The notes under the pieces: model-generated
Seen by the model: only the letters and a program-made list of their open reading frames with translations
What the model was told of the DNA's origin: nothing
Databases searched by the model: none
NCBI GenBank assembly: GCA_963770835.1
Contig: CAVYRH010000005.1
Coordinates: 327,794 to 391,793, forward strand
Length of the DNA: 64,000 bases
DNA from: an uncultured Pseudomonadota bacterium
GTDB lineage: Bacteria > Oederibacteriota > Muellerivitia > Muellerivitales > Muellerivitaceae
Reading direction: 5' to 3'
Part shown: piece after piece, positions 35,203-44,535 of the stretch
Layout: each line of letters opens with the position of its first letter
Numbering within the stretch: position 1 is the first letter of the stretch
Translations under genes and position numbers: made by a program

Positions 35203-35354
35203 GGGCACCTCTAATAATTCATGCTTCACCCTCACCCCGCCCTCTCCCCTCAAGGGAGAGGGTGCAAAAGATAAGCAAATTCCACATTCCCCTCGCCCCT
35301 TGGGGGAGAGGGTTAGGGTGAGGGGTGCCGTTAGTTTTATTTTTAGAGGTGCCT
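35203..35354. repeat. Nested GC-rich palindromic element: two inverted copies of a ~38-bp hairpin unit enclosed by an outer 11/12-bp inverted repeat
   Basis: Outer IR gggcacctctaa / ttagaggtgcc. Inner units are caccctcaccccgccctctcccctcaagggagagggtg and cccctcgccccttgggggagagggttagggtgaggggtg. Located downstream of the cytochrome c gene. Confidence 0.55.
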
Positions 35355-35400
35355 TTTATCCAATGTATCCCATGCATCTGTGGCTCATAAGCCGTTGTTC

Positions 35401-35922
35401 TCAGCTTTTAGCGCTGGGGACCGACTTCCAAACCTTGTCCACTCCGGCGGGCAGGGAATCCATGTGCTTCAAAAACAGGACCACCTGCCAAACCTGTTCC
35501 TCCGTCAGGGTTCCGCTGAAGGCGGGCATGCCGGTCAACCGGATGCCGTGCTTTACCTTCCAATAAATGACCCCCTCGGGATCGTCCTCTACTCCATCAT
35601 CGGCCAACTGGGGGGCATGCTGATATAGGCCCATAGCGATGTTGGAGGCCTTGGCGTCCGAGGCTCCATGGCAGGCCGCGCAGTTTTGGGCGTAAAGCTT
35701 TATTCCAACTGTGAGGTTGGCGTCGTTTAGGGCAACGGGGACGGGCCCCTTGGGGGCTTCCCGTTGGATAGACGCATGAAGGGATTTGCGGGCCATCCAT
35801 TTTTCAATCCATGGGGGTTTCCCGTCCGCGTTCGCCGGCATGCATCCGAAGGAAATAAAGGCATAGGCTCCAACCACCAGTGCAACCAAGGTCACGATGA
35901 CTCCAGCCAGGAACTTCTTCAT
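35401..35922 (-). CDS. Mono-heme c-type cytochrome (class I)
   Basis: Signal/TM anchor, a single CAACH heme-binding motif, and a distal Met in HGIRLTGMPAF. Confidence 0.75.
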   Translation of the reverse strand: MKKFLAGVIVTLVALVVGAYAFISFGCMPANADGKPPWIEKWMARKSLHASIQREAPKGPVPVALNDANLTVGIKLYAQNCAACHGASDAKASNIAMGLYQHAPQLADDGVEDDPEGVIYWKVKHGIRLTGMPAFSGTLTEEQVWQVVLFLKHMDSLPAGVDKVWKSVPSAKS

Positions 35923-36082
35923 GGTTCAGCCTCCTTAGGCGTTCAGCAAAGAAAACCGCTTCCTAAGATTGCAAACTCAAGGAAAGATGGCAAGTTCTTC
36001 TTGATCGTAAGGACGAATCATGGGCCTGAAAAGTTTTGAGACGGGCTTGAACGGGTTAAGGCCGGTAAAGGGAAAAGTCTTC

Positions 36083-36769
36083 TTACTGGGCTGCGCCCAA
36101 GTGGACTTCTTGGCGGAGAACCTTCGAGCCGGAGGTTACGACCAGGTAATAAGTTCCCGGAGAAGCCACGGAGCCGTTCATATCCTTGCCGTCCCAGGTA
36201 AAGGTCCGTTTTCCCGCTGGGAGAATACCAGCGAAAAGAATGCGCATTTCCTTCTCCTGTGGGTCCATTACCTTTACCGTCACAAGGCCCTGCTGGGGAT
36301 GAGTCACCACAACGGAAAGCTCCTCGTGGATTTTTCCGCTTTGGCCCGAATTAGGGGAGGGTGCCGTGGAATGTTTTTTCGCATGGGCGGGTTTAGAGGA
36401 CTGGGACTTGGGTGATTCACGGGAATGGGTCGGCTGAGGCGTAAAAAGGGTGGAAGGGGTTTGGACCCGGAACAACCAACGGTAAAGGCAATAACCCGAC
36501 CAGGCCAGGAACAGGAATAAAAGGGACCAGAGAAGGATGCGGAATGGACGGAAGCCGGATTTAGGGAAGAAGGGGGGCAAAGGCTTCTCCATCCACTTGG
36601 GCTCCGGAAGGCCGAGTGATCGGTAGTGCGCTTCCATCAATTCGACGAAACGCTGGGCGTCTTCCGGCGAGGAAGAAAGCCCTTGGGCCATTTGTTCTTC
36701 CTCGGACTCGGTCAGGTCCCTCTTGAAATATTCGTCCAACAGCGGATTCACGATTTCTCCCCTTTCCAC
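36083..36769 (-). CDS. Anti-sigma factor (single-pass membrane) with a C-terminal Ig-like β-domain
   Basis: Overlaps the stop of the ECF sigma gene. The N-terminal cytoplasmic domain is acidic, with one TM helix (ILLWSLLFLFLAWSGYCLY). The C-terminal VTVKVMDPQ...GTYYLVVTSGSKVLRQEVHLG is FlgD-Ig / CTD-like. Confidence 0.55.
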   Translation of the reverse strand: MERGEIVNPLLDEYFKRDLTESEEEQMAQGLSSSPEDAQRFVELMEAHYRSLGLPEPKWMEKPLPPFFPKSGFRPFRILLWSLLFLFLAWSGYCLYRWLFRVQTPSTLFTPQPTHSRESPKSQSSKPAHAKKHSTAPSPNSGQSGKIHEELSVVVTHPQQGLVTVKVMDPQEKEMRILFAGILPAGKRTFTWDGKDMNGSVASPGTYYLVVTSGSKVLRQEVHLGAAQ

Positions 36770-37320
36770 TCACCCTCAAAAAGGTTTCTCAAAGCTTTCC
36801 GGCAGCGCGCTAACGGGGACATCACCGTCCCCATGGGAATTTTCAGGGTCCGGGAGATATTGATATAGCTCTCGCCTTTTTTGTCGCGCAATTCCAGGAC
36901 TTTGCGGCACCTTTCGCTCAAAGAGTTGGTGATTCGGCCCAGAAGCGCCAGACGAGCCTGTTTTTCCTCTTCGACTTCTCTTTCCTCCCCCGGCGAAAGG
37001 GATTGGGGAAGGGCCAACCTTTCCAAGTCCTCGTGGAGGGACGCCAAGACCTTCTTTTTCCGCCTCAGCCTTTCATAGCAGAGGTTGGCGCAAATATTGG
37101 ATAGCCAGGTGTAAAGGGTGGACCGGAATTCAAATTCCCGCAGCTTCCCCAGGGCAATGAGGAAGGTTTGCTGAAGGATATCCTCGGCGTCATCGTCCTC
37201 CGGACCCAAAAAGTGGATGCAAGTGTGGAAAAGGCGGCGGGAGTTTTCCCTATAAAAAACGGTTTGGGCCTCCACGTCGCCCGCCAGGATCCTTTTGACC
37301 AACTGCCTTTCGTCGGACAT
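36748..37320 (-). CDS. ECF-family RNA polymerase sigma factor (sigma-24 type)
   Basis: Region 2 (FYRENSRRLFHTCIHFLG...DILQQTFLIAL...YTWLSNICANLCYERLRRKK) and region 4 (LSERCRKVLELRDKKGESYINISRTLKIPMGTVMS). Confidence 0.85.
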   Translation of the reverse strand: MSDERQLVKRILAGDVEAQTVFYRENSRRLFHTCIHFLGPEDDDAEDILQQTFLIALGKLREFEFRSTLYTWLSNICANLCYERLRRKKKVLASLHEDLERLALPQSLSPGEEREVEEEKQARLALLGRITNSLSERCRKVLELRDKKGESYINISRTLKIPMGTVMSPLARCRKALRNLFEGEWKGEKS

Positions 37321-37355
37321 TCTTTCCTCGTAAATGTAGTGAATGGGGCGGCGGT

Positions 37356-38867
37356 TTATTCCCCCCCGGGGCTCACCGGGTGGGATTGTCGGTACCGGGC
37401 CATCCAGTCTTTCAAGGCCTGTGCACCGGGTTTCAAGCGTAAAACCTCAGTAAAGCATTGTATGGCGTAATCGGGCTGACCCGACTGCCAATAGAGGTTT
37501 CCAAGATCCATCCAGGCTTGGGCATCATTGGGGTTTTGCCCCACCTTCTGCCCTGCCTCATCCAGGGCCTTTTCCAGTTCGGGGGATGGCGTGGAGGAAG
37601 CGGATACCGGGGATTCCACCGTGTCGGGGATTTGAAAAAAGGTTTCAACCTTCACCACTTGGTCGGAAGGAAGCTGCGTTGAGGAAGGACTGAAATTGAG
37701 TGAGGTTATAGTGGGTGAGGGAGAGGGTTTATTGGAAACCACGGCCGTATTTGTCGGGCTCGGGACCTGAAGGTTTTCCGGGCTTGGGGTAACAGAAGGG
37801 GAAGCGGGGGTTGGGAGACGTGTGGAAACCGGCGTGGGGGAAGGGAAAAGGAAGGTTTTTGCCGGAACCGGAGTGGGTTTCGGGGTTTGGGTGGGAGAAG
37901 GAGTGGAAACCGGGGTGGGGTGGGGGATTGGGGGCCTTGAAGCTGGACTGGGCAGGCGGTAAGTGAGGCCGACCATTTGGGAAAACCCCAGGTCGCCGTC
38001 CGGCGCGTAACTGTAGTCCAGGCTGAAATCCTGAAAATCGAAACCCAAGCCACCGGTCAGGCCCCGGAATCCCGCAATGTAATTGTTATTCAATTCCCAT
38101 TGGTAGCCCAAGCGGGCGACCAGGACATTTAAAAAAGGCTGTTCCGCCCCGAATTGAAGCCTCGCTACGTTGTAAAGAGGAAGGGAAAAAGTGGATTCCA
38201 GGAGGGTTGGATTTTTAAAGAGCAAGAGGGTAGACCAGGATGCCCCAACGCCCAAAAAGCCGACCCCAAGCTGGGAGTCCGTATTCAAAAAGGTATAGGA
38301 GGCTCCCAAATCGAAGTTTGAAAAGGGATTCCAGAGCGCTCCGGCTTGCAAGGAAGAAGACAGGTTGGAGATGCCGGGGGCCAGGGATTGGAAAAGACCC
38401 TGGACTGAAAGCCCAACTGAGAAGCCGGAAAACCAGGGACTGCCCCATCCCAATGAAAGGGAACCCCTAAAAGGATGGTTGGAAGAAGTCGGGTTTCCCA
38501 ATGCGTCATAACCCTCTAGCGGCCCAAAGTCGAGGTAGTTCGCGCCAAGTGCGAAACCGCCGATTTTTCCGGTTGGAAAGCCGGCCAGGAGGGTTTCCTG
38601 GGAAATGCCGGCGATCCAGTCCTCGTGGACCAGGGACAACTGGAAGGAATCCAGCCCGCCCAAACCGGCGGGATTGTAAAAGAGGCAGGCGGGGTCCCCC
38701 GATACCGCCGTGAAAGCCTCACCCAGCGCGGAAGCCCGGGGGGAATGGCCCAGGTTTTCCAACGGGTAAGGTGTATTAGCGGTGGTATAAATCGTCTGAC
38801 TGAAGGAGAGCGCCGGGAGGGAGAGAACGCCTCCCAAGACGCAAGGCAGAAGCTTCTTGGGAACCAT
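37356..38867 (-). CDS. Putative outer-membrane β-barrel protein with a Pro/Thr-rich linker and C-terminal TPR
   Basis: Signal peptide MVPKKLLPCVLGGVLSLPALSFS. An alternating β-strand-like N-terminal ~330 aa is rich in G/S/F/L/N. A PTPVSTPSPTQTPKPTPVP linker follows, then C-terminal TPR (AWMDLGNLYWQSGQPDYAIQCFTEVLRLKP). The ORF is open to 38924. Confidence 0.45.
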   Translation of the reverse strand: MVPKKLLPCVLGGVLSLPALSFSQTIYTTANTPYPLENLGHSPRASALGEAFTAVSGDPACLFYNPAGLGGLDSFQLSLVHEDWIAGISQETLLAGFPTGKIGGFALGANYLDFGPLEGYDALGNPTSSNHPFRGSLSLGWGSPWFSGFSVGLSVQGLFQSLAPGISNLSSSLQAGALWNPFSNFDLGASYTFLNTDSQLGVGFLGVGASWSTLLLFKNPTLLESTFSLPLYNVARLQFGAEQPFLNVLVARLGYQWELNNNYIAGFRGLTGGLGFDFQDFSLDYSYAPDGDLGFSQMVGLTYRLPSPASRPPIPHPTPVSTPSPTQTPKPTPVPAKTFLFPSPTPVSTRLPTPASPSVTPSPENLQVPSPTNTAVVSNKPSPSPTITSLNFSPSSTQLPSDQVVKVETFFQIPDTVESPVSASSTPSPELEKALDEAGQKVGQNPNDAQAWMDLGNLYWQSGQPDYAIQCFTEVLRLKPGAQALKDWMARYRQSHPVSPGGE

Positions 38868-38935
38868 GGGTTTAAAATCTTTCAAAGCGCGGAACATGCG
38901 ATCAACCTTTTGGGTGCCGTGCACAGGCGTGTTTT

Positions 38936-39313
38936 TTATTTGGAGACGATGAACTTGAAAAGTGGGAGGGCCGATCCCCCTCCCGAGTCCAGGGTTAAAA
39001 CCACGCGGCAGATGTAAACGCCGGGACGGTAATGGGTTAGGTCCAAGTAAACCTGTTGGACGCCAGCGTTGTTCGATTGTTGGGTTTGGGCCGCCAGGTC
39101 GCCGGCCTCGTTAAAGATGTAGACGGTGGCGGTTCCGCTTTCGGGAAGGTTGTAGACGACCCAGGCGGAGCTTCCTTGGGATGGGGAAGGATAGACGAAA
39201 CACTGGCCTTCGGCCGGCACCTGTAAAGCGGAGGCTTTGGAAAGTAACAGGAAAAAAACCACGAAGGTTTTCGCCCAAAATTCGAGTCGCCAGATGGATG
39301 AGAAAAGTTTCAT
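38936..39313 (-). CDS. Small secreted protein ending in a T9SS-type (Por_Secre_tail-like) C-terminal domain
   Basis: Signal peptide, then the C-terminus THYRPGVYICRVVLTLDSGGGSALPLFKFIVSK, which fits the GvYfvrv...KlvK sorting-domain pattern. Confidence 0.45.
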   Translation of the reverse strand: MKLFSSIWRLEFWAKTFVVFFLLLSKASALQVPAEGQCFVYPSPSQGSSAWVVYNLPESGTATVYIFNEAGDLAAQTQQSNNAGVQQVYLDLTHYRPGVYICRVVLTLDSGGGSALPLFKFIVSK

Positions 39314-39599
39314 AAGGTCTTTAGGGAAAGGAATTGAAATAACTCGGAAACCCTGGAAAAGCAAATCCAGCCAGCCTTTTGAACGAAAATTATTTTATCT
39401 TTTGTCTGGTCAAATGAAAGACATCTCTTTGGGAAAATTATTTTGAGTTAGGGAATAAAAAGGCGGGCCGATCACAATACTTTCATTCGAAGGCGCAGGC
39501 CGGTTTTTGGCTAGTTGTGATAAGCTTTGGCAATTAGGGAATAAAACCCACGTTTTGACACTATACGGTTGAAGGAAAAAAGGCGTGGAGGGATATGTT

Positions 39600-41246
39600 A
39601 TGAAACGCTTCATTATTCCAATGTTTTTATGTCTTTTGGTCTCGAACCTGGCCTGCAGGGGCACCTATCCACCTACCTCTCCGTCGGGCCCCATTACTTT
39701 GACTCCCTCAGGTACTGTTACGCAAACTGTCACCCAAACAGTGCCCGTAACTCTTACGGGTACTCCTAGCCCCTCCGGGACCATTCCCGTGACGGTGACC
39801 GTGACCTCGACGGTTACATGGACTCCAACAGCCACCCTGCCCGTTACTTTAACGGGTACGCCAATCCCTTCCCCAACCAATTCGATCACAGCCACTTGGA
39901 CTCCCACGTCAACAATGCCCGTTACTTTAACAAGCACACCCAGTTCTACTGCAACCATTCCAGTCACGGTGACTTTGATTCCCACAAGCACGGCCACTCC
40001 CACCGGGACGTCAACGGCTTCGCTACCTACCCCCTCCTGCGGCACGACATGGTATTTAGGATTCCCCGCGAACCAGAACTCCTTTTCCATATCAGGAATA
40101 ACCGACGCTTATGACCAAAGTACCGCCCCATATTCTGGAATGGTCTCCAGCCTTCATTTTTACGTTCCATCCGGTGGAGTGACGGCCAACGTCGGGATTT
40201 ACTCCGATAACGGCGGCCAGCCGGGGACGCAGTTGTCCTCATCTAATGTTTTCATCGACGGTAGCGGGTGGAATACAGTCTCCCTGAACACCCCTGTTAA
40301 TGTAACCGGCGGGACCAACTATTGGCTGGCCGTTTGCTTCGGCTCCTTCACGACGATCGGGGGCGGGAACAATGCTAGTTACAGTTATCTTACCCAACCA
40401 GTAAGTTCGCTCATCCTTCCTTCCTCCTATGGCGGGGGAGCCGCTTCAAATATTGGATGGCTGGCAATTTACGCGGACATCTGCCCCTCCGCTGGAACCC
40501 CGACCTCGACACCAACCTCCACCGCCACGCTAACCGGCTTGGATATTTCGGGCCCTGTTACTCTTTCCGGAGGAAATTACGACTATTCCTATGTTCATGT
40601 TCACTCAAACACTCTTTATCTCGGCGGTCCGGTAACCTTTAGCCTAACGGGATATTTCGCTCTGGATGCTGGAGCATCCATCACAGGATGGGCGGGCTAT
40701 TCCGTGACTGAGCCAGGAGTGCCTTCTAATTTTGCTTCCGGCGGCGCCGGTGGAGGTCATGGCGGCACGGGCGGGGCGGATGCCCAGGGAAATAGCGGTG
40801 GGTCGGCTTATGACAATATCCTGGCGCCAACCCTTCCGGGAAGCTGGGGAGGAGGGGGCAGCTGCAGCCAGCAAGGATTCGCCGGCGATTTGATTCAGGT
40901 TAACGTAGTGAATGGCCCTGCGACATTGAATGGTATCATTTTCGCGAGCGGGGGTGCTGGTACTGTTTCTAATTGCGTTGGCGCCGCCATGGCTACAGGA
41001 GGGGCTTCGGGTGGAACCATCTTTATCCAGGCGGATACCATCGAAGGCAACGGCGCATTGTTGGCAGATGGCGGCGCGGGAGGCGCGGGCAGCACCTATA
41101 ACAGCGGCGGAGGAGGGGGAGGAATTATCCTTCTTTCTACCCATACGGCGAACAATTTCACTGGCACCAATTCCGTGCAAGGCGGAATAGCGTCCTCCCC
41201 CGCACAGGCTGGCCAGCCGGGTGCCTTTAACAACACGACTTATTAA
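39600..41246 (+). CDS. Large repetitive secreted / lipoprotein-like protein with Thr/Pro-rich tandem repeats and a Gly-rich C-terminal region
   Basis: MKRFIIPMFLCLLVSNLAC, then repeated (S/T)PxxT...PVTLTGTP units, a central β-rich domain, and GGAGGGHGGTGGADAQGNSGG... glycine-rich repeats. Confidence 0.55.
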   Translation: MKRFIIPMFLCLLVSNLACRGTYPPTSPSGPITLTPSGTVTQTVTQTVPVTLTGTPSPSGTIPVTVTVTSTVTWTPTATLPVTLTGTPIPSPTNSITATWTPTSTMPVTLTSTPSSTATIPVTVTLIPTSTATPTGTSTASLPTPSCGTTWYLGFPANQNSFSISGITDAYDQSTAPYSGMVSSLHFYVPSGGVTANVGIYSDNGGQPGTQLSSSNVFIDGSGWNTVSLNTPVNVTGGTNYWLAVCFGSFTTIGGGNNASYSYLTQPVSSLILPSSYGGGAASNIGWLAIYADICPSAGTPTSTPTSTATLTGLDISGPVTLSGGNYDYSYVHVHSNTLYLGGPVTFSLTGYFALDAGASITGWAGYSVTEPGVPSNFASGGAGGGHGGTGGADAQGNSGGSAYDNILAPTLPGSWGGGGSCSQQGFAGDLIQVNVVNGPATLNGIIFASGGAGTVSNCVGAAMATGGASGGTIFIQADTIEGNGALLADGGAGGAGSTYNSGGGGGGIILLSTHTANNFTGTNSVQGGIASSPAQAGQPGAFNNTTY

Positions 41247-41256
41247 CCCTTTACAA

Positions 41257-41289
41257 ACGGTCCAAGCCACTAGGTATGCCTGGTGGCTT
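41257..41289. terminator. Bidirectional hairpin between convergent genes
   Basis: 9-bp stem ccaagccac / gtggcttgg with a 12-nt loop. Confidence 0.4.
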
Positions 41290-41303
41290 GGCACAGCCGA
41301 TGA

Positions 41304-43127
41304 TTAATGCCCAGTAATGAGCTTTCTCCATTGTTTCCGCAGAACATGGGCCGCCAGTTTGGGACGCCGGTCGCGGGTGAAGACGCCCTTCCAGTTCATG
41401 GCGCCGGGCCGGTGGGGGGCCTGGGCGGTCTTGAAATCGCAAAGATTCCAAATATGGGCTCCAGCCACGTAGGGGAGCTTATCCAGGACCTTCAGGTAAC
41501 GTTCAATCATTTCGGCCTGGTATTCCTCCGAAAACATCTCCGGCGGTTCGGCATGATGGCCCGGTATGGCATCCGCGCCAAATTCGGTCAGGATCAGGGG
41601 TTTTTGAAAGCGGCGGTGGATGGTCTCCATGTCTTTGGGAAGCTTTTCGCAAGCCTTATCCAAGTCGCCTTCCTCGCTGTACCAACCGAAGTAACGGTTA
41701 ACGCAAACTGCGTCCAGGAACTGGAACGCTTCTTCCTTTAAACCGATATAGCTTGCGAGGGTGATGGGGCGGGTTTTATCAAGGCTCCGGGCCAAATCCG
41801 CCAGGTTCTTGAAAAAGCCCCTGGCAGCGGGCCGGTGGGAATGGGGCTCGTTGGCCAGACTCCACAGAATGACGCTGGGGTGGTTCTTATCGCGGTCGAT
41901 CAGTTCCTGCGTGTATTGGCTGCAAAGCTCAAGGCGTTTGCCCAAGCCCTCCTCGTTGAAAAAAAGGCCCACCGCGGGCGTTTCATCGATCACAAGGAAA
42001 CCCATCCGGTCGGCCAGGTCCAGGATTTCCTCCGAATAGGGGTAATGGGATGTCCGGAAGGAATTGGCGCCCACCCATTTCATCAATTCATAATCCTTGA
42101 CCACCACGGCGGCAGGTAGATGGCGGCCGGTAACGGGGAAATCCTCGTGGCGCCCGAAACCCCTCAGGTGGATGGGTTTTCCATTCAAAAGGAAACGGCT
42201 CCCCTTGACGCGGATGGTCCGAATGCCAACGGGCAAGTCGATTTGATCGATGATTTCATTGTTCTGGACCATCTCCACCTTGAGCTGGTAAAGATTCGGC
42301 GAACCTGGGGCCCAAAGCCTCGCATTGGGAACGCTCAAAAGAGCCGTGGTTTTCCCTGGGCCGATTGCTTTGACGGCGATTACTTTGCGGTCGAATCCTG
42401 TCAGGCAGAAACGCGCAGTAAGGGATTGGGAAGAATCGGTGGCCACTTCGACCTTTACCGCGCCCGTCTTGCCGGAGATATCCGTTATGACGGTTATATC
42501 CTGGATAGAGGTTTGGGGAGTTGCGACCAAAAGAACAGGCCGATGTATTCCGCAGTAAGGGAAGAAGTCGAACGAAGCGGGTGGGTTAAAAAAATTATTA
42601 AAACGATCCTTGGGATCGGGCGGGACATTGCCGGGAGGTACCCGGTTGGGGGCCAAAAGGCCTTCAACCCTTACCACCAAGAGGTTATCCTTGGGTTTTA
42701 AATGTGGAGTAGTTTCCAAAACAAAGGGCAGGTGTCCCCCTTCGTGTTCCCCTAATTTCGTCCCATTGAGCCAAACCTGGGCCAGGTAGTTCACCGAGCC
42801 GAACCGGATGGAAAGATGCTTGTCTTTAAATCCCCAAGGTAAGTCAAAACGAGTTTGGTACCAGGCCGGTCCCAGATAATCCCGCGTGTCCTGGTATTGA
42901 TCATTCCAGCTGGAAGGAACGGCGATGAGACGGTCCTGGGGGAAACCCTTGGACCAGCCTTTGGAAAGGCCCGAATCTTTCGGGTCCAGCCGGAAATCCC
43001 AAAAGCCCGAAAGGTCCTGGAATTGACGGAAGGAATTATTTTGGGGATAAATCACGGTTTTTTCTTGGGCTGCGGGTATTTGCTCTCGTAAGGATTTAAC
43101 ATGTTCCGATATGAAGGGTTTTTCCAA
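41304..43127 (-). CDS. Glycoside hydrolase family 2 (β-glucuronidase/β-galactosidase-like)
   Basis: NYLAQVWLNGTKLGEHEGGHLPF (the GH2 sugar-binding domain motif), HYPYSEE, and ILWSLANEP (acid/base region). Confidence 0.8.
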   Translation of the reverse strand: MEKPFISEHVKSLREQIPAAQEKTVIYPQNNSFRQFQDLSGFWDFRLDPKDSGLSKGWSKGFPQDRLIAVPSSWNDQYQDTRDYLGPAWYQTRFDLPWGFKDKHLSIRFGSVNYLAQVWLNGTKLGEHEGGHLPFVLETTPHLKPKDNLLVVRVEGLLAPNRVPPGNVPPDPKDRFNNFFNPPASFDFFPYCGIHRPVLLVATPQTSIQDITVITDISGKTGAVKVEVATDSSQSLTARFCLTGFDRKVIAVKAIGPGKTTALLSVPNARLWAPGSPNLYQLKVEMVQNNEIIDQIDLPVGIRTIRVKGSRFLLNGKPIHLRGFGRHEDFPVTGRHLPAAVVVKDYELMKWVGANSFRTSHYPYSEEILDLADRMGFLVIDETPAVGLFFNEEGLGKRLELCSQYTQELIDRDKNHPSVILWSLANEPHSHRPAARGFFKNLADLARSLDKTRPITLASYIGLKEEAFQFLDAVCVNRYFGWYSEEGDLDKACEKLPKDMETIHRRFQKPLILTEFGADAIPGHHAEPPEMFSEEYQAEMIERYLKVLDKLPYVAGAHIWNLCDFKTAQAPHRPGAMNWKGVFTRDRRPKLAAHVLRKQWRKLITGH

Positions 43128-43191
43128 AGGTCCTTTCCCTTATTGGGGGTCTTCTTGGTTTTGGGCTTCTTGAGCTTCATTGGGTGCGCTC

Positions 43192-44103
43192 CTAAAACAA
43201 AACTGCCGAAAGGCTGATGGCGCCCGTGACCGTCACGGCTGAAAGGAGGGTCGTGATAAACACTACGTCCGCCGTGAAAGTGGGCTCTTTATTATATTCG
43301 ATGCCGAATAAGACCACGGTTACGGCGGTGGGGAAGGCGCTGGAAACGAACAAAACTCGGGCCAAAAGGCCGTGGAGCCCCATGAGGTGAATCAAGCCGA
43401 AAGCCAGTAAAGGGCATAAAAGAAGCCGGGCCGCCACCGTTACCCAGACTTGCAGGGGATGGCGCAGCGAAATACCGCTTTGCCCCAATTGGGCTCCTAA
43501 CGTTAAAAGGGCGATCGGGGCCATGCTGTCCGCCACCCATTTTAACGGGGTCATCAGGGCGTCAGGCAGGTCCAGGTTGAAGCCACGGATCGCGAGGGCG
43601 AGAAAAAGGGCGTAAAGGATCGGGAGCTTGAGGATGGTCTTGACGCCCATTCTCCATTCGCTCCATCCCCCCACAACTAGGATCCCCAAGGTGTAAGTAA
43701 TGACATTCATGGCGGTGATGGTGAGAACCTGGATTGCGACCCCCTCCCCCTGAAAGGCAAGCATCACGACCGGTATGCCGTAATTGGCTGAATTAAAAAC
43801 CATGACGGCCAGGGTGGCGGCGGAGGCAAGATTGGTTTCGAACTTAAGCAGGCGGGTCAGCCCATACATGACCCCGAAAGTGAGGCAAGCCAATAAGATG
43901 TTGAAAAGGATAGTTTCCGCCATGGCCTGGTTGGCGGGTTTAAAGATGAGCAGGCTGTAAAACATGAAGACGGGGATAAAGATGTAAAAATTCAACTTGG
44001 AAAGGGAAGCCAGGTCCAATGTGAAATATTTGGAAACCAAAAAACCCAAACCCATGACGATGAAGATCGGAAGGATGACATTGACGGCGATAAAAAGGAA
44101 CAA
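43192..44103 (-). CDS. AEC-family (auxin efflux carrier / malate permease-like) transporter
   Basis: 303 aa, ~10 TM helices, and an AEC-type N-terminus MFLFIAVNVILPIFIVMGLGFL. Confidence 0.65.
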   Translation of the reverse strand: MFLFIAVNVILPIFIVMGLGFLVSKYFTLDLASLSKLNFYIFIPVFMFYSLLIFKPANQAMAETILFNILLACLTFGVMYGLTRLLKFETNLASAATLAVMVFNSANYGIPVVMLAFQGEGVAIQVLTITAMNVITYTLGILVVGGWSEWRMGVKTILKLPILYALFLALAIRGFNLDLPDALMTPLKWVADSMAPIALLTLGAQLGQSGISLRHPLQVWVTVAARLLLCPLLAFGLIHLMGLHGLLARVLFVSSAFPTAVTVVLFGIEYNKEPTFTADVVFITTLLSAVTVTGAISLSAVLF

Positions 44104-44535
44104 GAGAAACTCCAGTGAGAAATTTCCCGGCGTGTAGAACGGTTATTTTACTCGACGGTTCGAACACAACGGGCAACATTTATGTTCAAAATTTTCATTC
44201 CCATGGGCTATACTTTGATTCCAAGATGACATTCTCCACCGGAACTTCCCAGAAATACGATTTCCCAGGTTTCCCGCATCTTTTGAGGCGGGAATTCTGA
44301 TGGCCAAAGATGAACGCCACCATTTCCTGGTGGTTTTTCTTACCGGTAGCTTGGGTATTCTTCTCGGGCTATCCCTCATCCCCACGGGCGCGAAGCCAAA
44401 CCTCTTAGGAAACATTGGATCGGGCGCCTCTTTTTCCTTTATGACGGCTTCGGCCTTTGTGCCTGGGTTTTTCCGCTAGTTTTTTTCCGGTTCGCCGTTG
44501 CCCGATTCCAAAACGCCCCGCTTTCCAAACCCGGC

